A DNA stretch of 64,000 nucleotides from Epithemia pelagica (Eukaryota > Protista > Bacillariophyta). The stretch spans positions 248,001-312,000 of the forward strand of contig OX337228.1 of assembly GCA_946965045.2 (NCBI GenBank). Direction: 5' to 3'. The notes below the pieces were generated by a model. It had not been told where the DNA came from. It did not search any database and worked only from the letters and a program-made list of their open reading frames with translations. The first letter of the stretch is position 1. Each line of letters starts with the position of its first letter. The translations under genes were made by a program, and so were the position numbers. Shown piece by piece: positions 1 to 9,248 of this stretch.

Positions 1-1
1 G

Positions 2-247
2 CAACGGCACCAAGAAGAAGAAGCAGCAGCGTTCAATACCCAGACGACGACTTTCAAACCTCCGTCAAAACCCATCAAACGAGTTACAGTGACAGACGGC
101 CCACCCACGATTCTCAACCTGCACGAATGGTCGCCACCCCGACGACGATGGTCTTCCCGCAAACAACATCCACCACCACCACAATCCTCCACCAAACGTG
201 GTGGTGGTGTCCACAAATCCAAGCTTGCCCGACGGACTTCCTATTAG
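2..247 (+). CDS. Possible 3' end of a gene entering from the left edge (low-complexity, basic)
   Basis: Frame 2 is open from base 2 to TAG at 245-247 (QRHQEEEAAAF...KSKLARRTSY*). No recognisable motif. Confidence 0.3.
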   Translation, partial: QRHQEEEAAAFNTQTTTFKPPSKPIKRVTVTDGPPTILNLHEWSPPRRRWSSRKQHPPPPQSSTKRGGGVHKSKLARRTSY

Positions 248-750
248 TCATGGACACAACAAGACGAGCCATTCCCCATCCACACACAAACTGCTGCGAA
301 ACGAAGAAACACCATAGCTACCTCAAGAAAAGGTCGATTCATACGATATCTGCTGTAGACTGAGAGTGATCCTAGACTGAGAATTTTTCTTGTTCCCGGT
401 GGTCCTCCTCCAACCTTGAAGATCGACCAGCTACTATTATAGCGTAATCCTATTGCCCCTACGTAATATATCTACGATCTAGCTAGAATGGGAGACAACG
501 ATGGGGCCGCGTCCGTTTCGTCCTATGGAGACATATCGGTATTCGGTATTGCTTGTGGTTGATTGTGCAGAGGTGGTTATTTTATTTTTTGAGATCTCTC
601 CAGTCTCCAGAAAAGTGAGCGAGGCTTGCTTTTGGTTTGGATCCTCTGGCGAAATGTGACATGTCCTTGGGCCCGATGTCCCTGTTCGTGTTTATCCCTT
701 GATAGGCCCTTCGGGTTTAATTAGGGCGAAGATTTTTTGGTCAGATTTTT

Positions 751-1222
751 CTATGGGTCAAATGTCAACTGGTGTGGGTCCCAAATCCCAAATAGCAGAC
801 TTTTTGGTTGGAGCTGTACATGGATCATTAGACGATGCTGGATGCCTGTGCTTCTGATTGCCAACCAGATCTGACCGCTCGTGTCCTCCGATGGAAAGCC
901 CTTATCGTAGCGGTTTTTCCATCTTGCACATTTGGACTCTTCACTAAAATGGCATAAAGGATCTTTCCCCCTAAAGTCGAAGCACAAAATGACAAATCAA
1001 AACGATGGAAATCTTCGTGTTTACACGAGCGTCACGCAGGTTTGAACGGTTGAGAGCATCTTTCATCCTACAAACGCAAAAACGTCGAACGCCGAATTCA
1101 TTCGTTGGAGTAATCGAAACGACCTCCTTGTGGATATATCTTGTTCGGCTCCCAAAAGACACTTGGAGGAATCGACTCGGACGGGAATGCCAACGTCCAT
1201 TGGATGGAACATAGAGCATCAT
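751..1222 (-). pseudogene. Degenerate, frameshifted remnant of the nuclease-kinase gene
   Basis: Fragments NEFGVRRFCVCRMKDALNRSNLRDARVNTKISI and SEDTSGQIWLAIRSTGIQH match NEFGVQRLCVSMVEDALGCLNLAEARVNTEISI and SENTAGQIWSFLLAMRSTGIQQ of 5037-7058, in different frames. Confidence 0.8.
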
Positions 1223-1572
1223 TTCTCCTGCGCTGTGGAGTATATAGAGACTCTATAGTATAGTTGTGTGTTGTTATTCCACTTGGATGAGGGTCACAAA
1301 GCTATATAGTAGGAACCCATCCCGAAAAAATGAATCCATTTCCTGTCGTTCCTGGCAAATTCGGGTCATAGGACAAGGCGTGGATTCCATCGTCCAAACC
1401 TGGCACAAATGGATCCTTGGTACCCGGAATAATACTCCCATGGTCTTTTGTTGCGGTCCTTTTCAGACAGGCGACAAACCTATCCCTGAGTACCACAAGT
1501 GACCCCAACAACAACAACCAGAGAACGACAATGGTGCCAGTGGCTCTCCCGACAAGGAACCCTTCCACTCAC

Positions 1573-3996
1573 TCAGGAAGTGGGTGACGAGGGAGTTGGT
1601 TCGGCTGCCGTGTCACGGTCGGTATCCTGCGGATTGGGGTCTCTGCTGGGGTGTGCCGCACAGGCGGCAATCGCCGCCGCTTGCGCCGCCGCCAATTGCT
1701 CTTCCAATTCTTGGACGCGTTCGGCATAGGTTTCATTTTCGTGCGTCAATCGCGCCATGGACTTTTCATTCTTGTACACGGTTTCATTAAAGGTGCTTCG
1801 TACCTTGACCAACTCCGATTTGAGCGATTGAATTTCCTCTTGTTGTTGTTCCGTCAAACGTTCCAACTCGGCCATTTTTTTGAGATAGTGTTCGTCCGGT
1901 ACCACTGGTTCGTCCGAGGCTGGGTCCGCGTTGCTGGTTGTGGCGGCTGTCGCCGCCGCGGCGGCTGCCCCACCTCCGACAAAACTGGACAACCATCCTC
2001 CACTGGATCGTGGTCGTTCCGAGGCCAATTTGCGAGAGGAGACGGCTTGTTGCAACAATTGAGCTTGTCGATCCATCACGACACCACCACCATCGTCGCC
2101 ACCACTGCCGTCGCCCTGTTGCGTCGCCGCCACCACGGCCGCTTGAGCTTCTTCGGCATACTTGGTCTTGGCCTCCAAGAGTGCCGTCTTGTGTCGCATG
2201 GCGGCTTCCGTCATGATGCGTTCAAAATCCGCCTCGGCCTCCTCCAAGGCATCGTCGGCTTCGGCTGCCGCCTCCAAGGCTTGTTCGGCGCGCAATTCGG
2301 CCGCTTCCAAACTCTGTTCCGTCTTGGTCAAGTCCTCCTTGAGTTCTTCCGTCTCCTCTTGCAATTTGGACAATTGCAGTTCCATATCGGCACCGCGATT
2401 GACCCAATTTTCCACCTCTTCTTCCAACAAGACATTGCGGTCCTGTGATTCTTCCAATTGCGCATTCAACAAGCGCAATTCTTGTCGCAATTGATTCAAA
2501 TCATCATCGTCGTCGTCGTCGTCGTCGATCTCGTTTGTCCGAGACTGTGGTGGCGAGGGTTGCGATTGTGTGGAATCCGTCGTGTCGGGATCCGTTTCGG
2601 TGGAATCCGTCGCATGGGAGGGTTGATCGTGTTGTTGTTGTTGTTGTTGTTGTTGATGTTTCCACAATTCGTGTTGATTTTCATGCCGTGCCACATCATT
2701 TTTCAAATCTTCATTTTCCTTGAGCAAATCGGCAATGGCTTCTTCTCGTTCCTTGACCAAGGCCGAGGCTTGGTCGACCGTCTGTTGGAGTTCGGCCTGC
2801 AATCGATCCCGGTCCTGTTCCAATTGGACCAAGTGTTGGACCATTTCGACCGATTCGGCCGACGCCGAAATCAAGCGCTTGTTTTCGACCGAGGTTTCCC
2901 GAATTTCGAGCCGCAATTCTTGAATTTCCGTTTGCAATTGTTGAATCGTGGCCTCCTTTTCCTGCAAACTGTGTTGCAACGTCTGGACTTGCTCTTGGTG
3001 TTGTTGCAATTCCTCTTGCAAGGATTCCACTGGAGATTTGCCCTTGCTGTTCTTTTCCGTTCGTGATGTGGACGACGACGACGACGACAATTGTGCCTTG
3101 AGTCGCGAGAGTTCGGCTTGTTGGGCATCAATTTCCTGGGCCATGGCATCAATTTCCTGTCGTTTGGCTTCCAAATCTTTGCGCAATTGTCGTCGATCTT
3201 TTTGCACTCGTTTGAATTCTTCCTTGTACAAGGCATTTTTGACTTGCAATTGTTCAATTTTTTCCAACTTTGTTTTTTTGCTCCGCTTGCCCTGACTGGG
3301 ATCCTGGGAGGCCGTGTCGGGATTGCTGTTGTTGTGGGAAGCGTCGGGAGGAGTGGCATCGGCCGCCACCACTTCAGTCAAGGAGGAGACAATGGATGGT
3401 TCCGCGTTGGAGGCGACCGACAATTTGCCCAATCCACTCAGCGAGGTGGGTGGTTTGTCCTTTGGTTTCAAGAGATTGCGACTGCTACTGCCGGTACTGA
3501 GATTGTCCTTAGTGTCTTTCAAGTGGCGTAAGTGTCGTTGGGACAATTGTTTCATGGATCCCGCTTCCCGGCGAGACGGTCGACTCCGACTCCGGCGATT
3601 GGACGACGAAGAAGATGGTTTGGGCGAATGATTGGAGGAGGACGAGGATACTACTTTGGTGCTGCTGCCTTTGCCCGTTTTGGTGGATCGCGATCGAGAT
3701 CGCGTGGCTCGACTGGTCGTGGTGGTTTTGGATTTGGATCGAGACGATCGCGTACTGCCATTGTTGGTGGTGGTATTGTTCAGTTTGCTCGCCGAGTCCT
3801 GGTCCGGTTCTTCCTTTGCTTTTGTATTACTTGTCGTCGTGGTTGTCGTTTGGTCTTTTTCTCCAATGGCCAGTTGTTCGTACAAGTCATCAAAATCGGC
3901 ATCGTCGTACAAGGCATTGCTCCGATACAAGGCCGACACTGGACCGTCACCATCACCGACACCATTGGTTGCCGTTGTCGGTTCGTTGGTTGTCAT
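1573..3996 (-). CDS. Long coiled-coil protein (807 aa from first ATG) with S/T/R-rich disordered N-terminus
   Basis: The ORF track starts at TTG 4029; the first in-frame ATG (MTTNEPT) is at 3996. Extended E/Q/L/K heptad-like stretches; stop at 1573-1575. Confidence 0.75.
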   Translation of the reverse strand: MTTNEPTTATNGVGDGDGPVSALYRSNALYDDADFDDLYEQLAIGEKDQTTTTTTSNTKAKEEPDQDSASKLNNTTTNNGSTRSSRSKSKTTTTSRATRSRSRSTKTGKGSSTKVVSSSSSNHSPKPSSSSSNRRSRSRPSRREAGSMKQLSQRHLRHLKDTKDNLSTGSSSRNLLKPKDKPPTSLSGLGKLSVASNAEPSIVSSLTEVVAADATPPDASHNNSNPDTASQDPSQGKRSKKTKLEKIEQLQVKNALYKEEFKRVQKDRRQLRKDLEAKRQEIDAMAQEIDAQQAELSRLKAQLSSSSSSTSRTEKNSKGKSPVESLQEELQQHQEQVQTLQHSLQEKEATIQQLQTEIQELRLEIRETSVENKRLISASAESVEMVQHLVQLEQDRDRLQAELQQTVDQASALVKEREEAIADLLKENEDLKNDVARHENQHELWKHQQQQQQQQHDQPSHATDSTETDPDTTDSTQSQPSPPQSRTNEIDDDDDDDDDLNQLRQELRLLNAQLEESQDRNVLLEEEVENWVNRGADMELQLSKLQEETEELKEDLTKTEQSLEAAELRAEQALEAAAEADDALEEAEADFERIMTEAAMRHKTALLEAKTKYAEEAQAAVVAATQQGDGSGGDDGGGVVMDRQAQLLQQAVSSRKLASERPRSSGGWLSSFVGGGAAAAAATAATTSNADPASDEPVVPDEHYLKKMAELERLTEQQQEEIQSLKSELVKVRSTFNETVYKNEKSMARLTHENETYAERVQELEEQLAAAQAAAIAACAAHPSRDPNPQDTDRDTAAEPTPSSPTS

Positions 3997-4420
3997 TCTG
4001 CTCGAAAATGATGATACCTGGAGTGGCAAGTCACAAACGTGGAGGCTGGAACAGCAAGGTCAATCCCTCCGAGAAACAAAAAGAAGACACCCAGCGAGAC
4101 AGCAACTGCCAACAACCAATGATGACCCAAACAAACTCGAACTACACAAAGAGAGAGAGATGGTGTATTACAGGTAGCAGAACAACACCACAACGAGACT
4201 CTCTCGTCTTGCTCAATCTCTCATGGGGCAAATAAAAAATGGGGTTCGTGGGATGTTTCACGGGACGCGATGAATGAGGTATCGTGATGGAACCGGAGCA
4301 AAGTCTTTGGGGGCCATTTTGTTTATTTCGGGGTAGGGGAACTTTCTGTTGTGACGTGTCTTCGATTGGACACTACGAGTACAGTCAGTACAAAGTCACA
4401 ACCGGCAACTCCTCTTCCGA

Positions 4421-4583
4421 ATAGGGATACAGAGGGGTATTACCCCCATTAAATGGGGGAGAGGAAACGTGACCGTCCGTCGAGCCAGCCAATCGTCCGT
4501 GGGCGCGCACAACGGACCGTTGGCTGGTCTGACCGCTCTTCTACATCCATCCACAGGGTATATATGCAAAGGTGTATCCCTCT
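4421..4583. mobile_element. MITE-like element, copy 1 (diverged)
   Basis: Ends ATAGGGATACA and TGTATCCCTCT are an imperfect inverted repeat. Internal hairpins GGGGTA-T-TACCCC and CCCCCAT-TAA-ATGGGGG. Homologous to copies at 24971, 31707 and 38285. Confidence 0.6.
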
Positions 4584-4692
4584 AAAAAAAATTCAATTTC
4601 GCTGCGCCAATTGCAACCATGCCACCGACCGACCATCAAGACAGATGCAAAATATTAGAGGTAGGACACAAACAGAACAAAACAAAAGGAAA

Positions 4693-4819
4693 ATGGCTGC
4701 TGACCTTAGTGCCTACCTACAAGACACCCTCTTGATCAAAGAACATGTGGTCAGGTCGGCCCTCAACTCACAGGGCCTGGAGTCATTTGCTGACTTGGAA
4801 GCGATCTCAGAGAACGACA
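4693..4819 (+). pseudogene. Truncated copia-type gag 5' fragment, copy 1
   Basis: MAADLSAYLQDTLLIKEHVVRSALNSQGLESFADLEAISEND matches the start of the longer gag at 47503; homology stops after AISE(N/K)D. Confidence 0.75.
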
Positions 4820-5036
4820 GCGTTGTGCGTCTTCCCCTCAAAAAGGAATACTTGAGCCTCCTCAAGTTGATCCTATCGATATTACCAACTATTGTATATC
4901 CGTAATAAGACAAAGAGAATGCTCAGCTTTACTCTCCTTCGTAATCTAGTGTGTTCCAGCGCAACACAAGTGGTCTTCTCACGGGCCGAAACGAGACGTT
5001 GGTAAATGTTGTCCAATAATCGGAATCACACAGAAT

Positions 5037-7058
5037 TCAAGAGTGAGAAATATTCTTTGGCATCAAAATGGCCATTTGCTTGTCGACAATGGCTTGCAAC
5101 TTCTTATGCGTGGTTTCCTCTCGATGCTCTTCGAGTGATCCCAAGCCACTCAGAAATAATTCGCCTTTGGAATCTACGAGCACGTGTCGCCAGCGAATGT
5201 CGTCATTTTTATACCGATAGCCTTGTTTGGCAAATCGATACAATTCTTGTTTCACCTTTGTTTTGAATGAATCGCGACGCTTGACCTGCTTTCCATAGGG
5301 CATCACCAAACAAGGGCGTCCGCCCAGATCCACCGCATTGACATCAGGAAATCGATCCTTGTAGAGCTCTCCCCAACGGACAGCCTCCCCGTCTACCATT
5401 TCTCGAAGTTTCTCAACCGTCCTGTTTTCCTCCTCTTCCCTTGCCGGTTCGGTGGATTTTTGGGAAGGCTCAACATGAAAACACTTCAATGCGCAAACCC
5501 GGCAACTGGAATTGCAGGCAAGAATCACCGATGCATGGCTTCCAACTCCCAGTTCACCCAAGAGGTAGAATATCTGCGACGAAGGAGGCGGAAATTGCAT
5601 GCAATCGGCAGAGAACGGTTTCGTCGTATTCTTAATGCAGGAAGGTGTCTGGACCCAATCGTAGAAGTTCTTGCCAACCTTACAAACAACCCTTTTTCCG
5701 AGATACTCACCATGGTCAATGTCTGGGATATCGGTAGCAACGTTGGACTGAACTTTTTGGAAAGCCATTTCAATGGCTTGAAGAAGAAAAGGAAAGACAT
5801 ATCCATTCTCAAATACTTGTGAGTAATAAACAACTGGGTCCACCTGTTTTTCTTTGTAAGCCTCCTTCTTAGTGTCATCGGCGTCTTTCAAGAACTTCGA
5901 GGCAGAAAAGGTCTCGCGAATTGGGCTAAAGGTCTGGTCTTTGCAATTTTCAGGAACTTTCTGCATTCTGGGAGGCGGCTTTTTGTTCGTAGAAAGTGTT
6001 GTCTTTACTTTTTCCAGAATCTCCTTATGCGCACTGTCATTGTCAAAACTCTCCAATGAAGCAAGAACCATCTTGTTGTACGTCATGACTGCCCCAAGGG
6101 GTTGCTGGATGCCTGTGCTTCTCATTGCCAGCAAGAACGACCAGATCTGACCGGCCGTGTTCTCGGATGTAAAGACCTTATCGTTGTGGTTTCCATCTCG
6201 CGCATCCGGACTCTTCACTTCAACGGCAAATAGTATCTTTCCCTTGATTCGGAGCACAACAACAATGTCCGGTTTCATCAAAAAAATTGAAATCTCCGTG
6301 TTCACACGAGCCTCAGCCAGGTTTAAACAGCCGAGAGCATCTTCAACCATGCTCACACACAACCGTTGAACCCCGAATTCGTTGGAGTAATCGAAATTAT
6401 CTCCTTGTCGATATCGAGATCTTGAGGCTCCCAAGACACTTGGAATCAGTTTATTGTCGGCATTGTCGGTACAGACGGGAATGCGAACGTGAGATGGATG
6501 CACATAGTGTCCATTATGGACCAAAATCTTGGCCTTTGGTATTTTTAGATACCCATCGACACTTCGTCGGTTTTTCTTGTCATAATAATTTATTTTTCGG
6601 GAGTTTCCCGAGACACTGGGTGTCACGTTATTGTTCAAGGTCAGACCAGGAAGCCTAAAGTTTTTCTTCGTATCAAGGTACGTTTGCTCGATGGACGTTT
6701 GACGAAGGTCTTCGGTTGCTGCCACTTCCTTATCTTTTTCTGCAATTGCCACTTCCAGATGCAAGTTTCTTTGCATTATTTCATCGTTTCTTTGCATTAT
6801 TTCATCGTTTCTTTGCATTATTTCATCGTTTCTTTGAATTATTTGATCCATTTTTATTGTCTCGCGCAATGTATGTATCTTCCAACGTAGATTTTCTACT
6901 TCGTCAAGGACGCCACAAATCTCACTAGTGAGCAACCCCCGTGTCTCTGCCTCGCTCCAAAGCTCTTGATACAGTTTCCGTTTCTTTGCCATCTCCTCCG
7001 CCTCGCCGTCGCTTGGGTAGTCTTTTTGCACGCGCTTTGCCCCATTTGTTTCGCTCAT
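5037..7058 (-). CDS. Coiled-coil + PD-(D/E)xK nuclease + protein kinase-like protein, copy 1 (673 aa; DFG-equivalent Asp replaced by Gly)
   Basis: Nuclease motif KPDIVVV...FAVEVKS. Kinase motifs LGELGVGSHA, ALKCF, LVMPY, NDDIRWRHVL and SGLG (SDLG in other copies). The track start at 7250 is TTG; the first ATG is at 7058 (MSETNG). Confidence 0.8.
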   Translation of the reverse strand: MSETNGAKRVQKDYPSDGEAEEMAKKRKLYQELWSEAETRGLLTSEICGVLDEVENLRWKIHTLRETIKMDQIIQRNDEIMQRNDEIMQRNDEIMQRNLHLEVAIAEKDKEVAATEDLRQTSIEQTYLDTKKNFRLPGLTLNNNVTPSVSGNSRKINYYDKKNRRSVDGYLKIPKAKILVHNGHYVHPSHVRIPVCTDNADNKLIPSVLGASRSRYRQGDNFDYSNEFGVQRLCVSMVEDALGCLNLAEARVNTEISIFLMKPDIVVVLRIKGKILFAVEVKSPDARDGNHNDKVFTSENTAGQIWSFLLAMRSTGIQQPLGAVMTYNKMVLASLESFDNDSAHKEILEKVKTTLSTNKKPPPRMQKVPENCKDQTFSPIRETFSASKFLKDADDTKKEAYKEKQVDPVVYYSQVFENGYVFPFLLQAIEMAFQKVQSNVATDIPDIDHGEYLGKRVVCKVGKNFYDWVQTPSCIKNTTKPFSADCMQFPPPSSQIFYLLGELGVGSHASVILACNSSCRVCALKCFHVEPSQKSTEPAREEEENRTVEKLREMVDGEAVRWGELYKDRFPDVNAVDLGGRPCLVMPYGKQVKRRDSFKTKVKQELYRFAKQGYRYKNDDIRWRHVLVDSKGELFLSGLGSLEEHREETTHKKLQAIVDKQMAILMPKNISHS
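6765..6844. repeat. 21-bp in-frame tandem repeat (~3.8 copies) encoding QRNDEIM heptads
   Basis: GTTTCTTTGCATTATTTCATC at 6765, 6786 and 6807, partial at 6828. Also present in the copies near 27470 and 34200. Confidence 0.9.
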
Positions 7059-7550
7059 AATGGTAGTTGTTCTTGTGCGAGTCGGATCGCAAGGCTCAAC
7101 CTCCAACGTTTGCTGCTGCGGAGAAGAAGGTTGATGATGTGATAATTCTCTTCTGTACAAACACACGCACACACACACCACACACACATTTAGTGGGGTG
7201 GAGGCATCAGGCCAATGCTTACAAGCTGCCAATCCAATCTGGAGCGCCAATTGGCTAGAAAGGGGATGAGCTGCCGCGCCTACCCGCTAGCTACAATAGG
7301 GTACGGTCGACCGACTGCCCTGGCTCGGAATAGAAGTTACTCCGTATAACCTTACCAATCCAAAACAAGAACCCGCGCTGCCCCCCGCCAAGACCCCCAC
7401 CACTCCCCCCAAATGTACTTCGTACTAAATCTGTTTGAAAGAGAGACATGCCGTTTACTCTCATTAGAGTTAGGGGGACCGTTGTACTCGAACGCCGGCC
7501 TGCCTAATTCGAAACTCTACAGGCATATCTCTATTGTACACTTTTTTAGA

Positions 7551-7680
7551 CGGATTGGGGACAGCCAATCCTGGATTGGCTGAATCCGGAAAGCCAAATA
7601 CCCGGATGTGTGACGTAAAGATGACGTTCTATGATGACGCGTAACGCTCACGGATTGGATTGGCTACGTGTAAGCAATGG
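7551..7680. promoter_or_regulatory. Putative bidirectional promoter core with CCAAT boxes and TGACG motifs
   Basis: CCAAT/ATTGG at 7554, 7565, 7575, 7664 and 7669; TGACG at 7611, 7622 and 7635. Lies between the two divergent genes and is largely conserved in units 2 and 3. Confidence 0.5.
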
Positions 7681-7705
7681 CCTCAGTCTCTCCGTATTGT
7701 GGATA

Positions 7706-8325
7706 CTCCCTCCGGCTCTTTTTTATCGCACGAATTTTTTTTCTAAAAATCAGTCGCATAAACACCCGTCGTAGGACCTGGTACATTTCTACAGGAGGAT
7801 GGCCGGCTCATTCGGAGTCGAATTTTAGAGATGAACATACACTGTGACACGTGCCACAAAATCTATCCATTCCTTCAATCTTCACTCCTCAACGGTTCAG
7901 CAATCTCCCTCCACCAAAAAAAACCACGAATAGCAGCAGCAACAACAACGCAATACACAATGATCTATCCTATGGGTACAATCATTGGCCGTAGCCCCTG
8001 GTTGCCTCCTTGCTCAATTGGAGGTCAACCAGGTATTCTGTAGGACTAATAGGATTAGTTTCTACTCTTGCAGATTGCTGCTTGTAGGGCTGGAGAGAGC
8101 GTCTGTGACTTGCAGCACATGGGGAAGCTCCCCCCTTCTCTCCATGCCCTGTTTGTTCATATGTGGAATCTTGTAGTCATTCCCTCCTTCCTGTTCAATT
8201 ATTTGATTGAAACAGGACTGGAGGGTTAGCCATGTGTGGTTCAGTTTCTGTCTATGGTATGAAGCAAAGGCAGACTGCACCGACTCAATCAGTTGCCCTT
8301 CGCTTGACCCAACAATCAAACTATG
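7706..8325 (-). mobile_element. One-ended Tc1/mariner remnant (plant-type/DD39D-like) with transposase C-terminus
   Basis: TA then CTCCCTCCG (Stowaway/mariner-type TIR start) at 7704-7714. The minus frame encodes SAFASYHRQKLNHTWLTLQSCFNQIIEQEGGNDYKIPHMNKQGMERRGELP. Absent at the homologous site in units 2 and 3. Confidence 0.8.
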
Positions 8326-8416
8326 AGTTTGTAGAGTGGTGAAGAAAAGAGGGGGAGGGCAGAAGTTTGGGGCAATTGGGGTGAAGAATCGATTTAGCAG
8401 CGAAACAGGCCGCCTT

Positions 8417-8604
8417 TTTCGCGGCTCCAATGGCAACCATGCACCCGAAAGTCCTTTGCAGCAAACCAGTGAATGTGGAGCATTCTCCGGAAATCCCCAA
8501 AAGCGCCAAAAGCGCCAGAAGCGTGGCTTACAATTGTCTTCCACGTTGACGGGTGGGTCATCCAAGCACCCACACAAGCCTACCGTTGATCACCGACCAA
8601 GACA
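8417..8604 (+). repeat. Shared ~185-bp leader found upstream of both NTPase genes and gag fragments
   Basis: TTTCGC..CCAAT(G/T)GCAACCATGC..AAGTCCTTTGCAGC..GTGGAGCAT..GTGGCTTACAAT..GTCATCCAAGCA..CACAAGCC..CAAGACAG. Also at 28492-28689, 35217-35414, 25154-25336, 31890-32072, and split at 38468-38500/47292-47454. Confidence 0.8.
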
Positions 8605-8613
8605 GGAGTCGAA

Positions 8614-8885
8614 ATGAGTCCCAAAAAGTACGAGAATAAAGACCAGATGGTTCTTGAATCTTTGAAGCAAAATCTTGAATATTTGAAGAAAAAAGGAATG
8701 CACAATGCTGTGGCCCAAGTCATGAATACTATAGCGGCGGAATCCAAAGAATCATCTCAGAAGGTAGATGAGAAGGAATCGCATAGTCCGGGCGAAACGA
8801 ATGCCCGAGAGCGATTTCTCCAAGAAAATGACGACAAGGCTCGAGCTGAATGGGGTAAACCGGATACGAAGAACCTGCAGCGACG
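8614..8885 (+). pseudogene. NTPase-nuclease gene copy 1, 5' part (interrupted by a copia insertion)
   Basis: MSPKKYENKDQMVLESLKQNL...NLQRR matches the start of 28698 and 35423; the sequence resumes at 15909. Confidence 0.9.
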
Positions 8886-9054
8886 TGAAAAGGGTGCGAC
8901 CTAATGGAGACTAGCCTAGAGCTGACTCACAAGGTCCTACGTCACCTTACCCAACCAGCCTCACACTTGGACTGACGCACTACTTGCATATCTTTTAGGA
9001 ACGTACGAACTAGTTAATCTTCTATCATAATTTTCCCAATTCATCCCCTTTTCA
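8886..9054 (+). repeat. 5' LTR (169 bp)
   Basis: TGAAAAGGG...CCCTTTTCA (9-bp terminal inverted repeat). One mismatch seen against the 3' LTR (9021 T vs 15875 C). Confidence 0.97.
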
Positions 9055-9066
9055 GGTTATGAGCCC
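9055..9066 (+). other. Primer binding site of half-tRNA(iMet) type
   Basis: GGTTATGAGCCC directly after the LTR is complementary to the GGGCUCAUAACC anticodon-arm sequence of initiator tRNA-Met. Confidence 0.8.
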
Positions 9067-9248
9067 AAGTATCACGCAATAAAGCCTGTTGCGAGAAGAC
9101 CATAACGATTTCGGTGGACCAGTTCAAGCGTTCGACGTTGAGGAAATCCGTCTGAACGGCCGTTGAAGTCCAAGACCTACCAGTTTCGATAGCCAGTGTT
9201 GCATCGAAGAAGCAAGAACCAGGTGGTTTCGTTGCGATTTTCCAGTGA

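Noticed and set aside
1302-1568. 88-aa minus-strand ORF just downstream of the coiled-coil gene
   Set aside because: TTG/GTG-type start, no motif, and no splice link could be supported; probably 3' UTR or intergenic.
1651-4235. Many 60-265 aa + strand ORFs
   Set aside because: Antisense or alternative-frame shadows of the low-complexity coiled-coil gene; no motifs.
7059-7250. N-terminal extension MALQIG...VCVVCVCVC of the kinase ORFs
   Set aside because: It starts at TTG and runs through a CA microsatellite. A eukaryotic start at ATG 7058 (27749, 34486) is more plausible.
8062-8577. 171-aa ORF as a real gene
   Set aside because: A chimera: only the part up to ~8325 is mariner transposase; the rest is the antisense of the NTPase leader.
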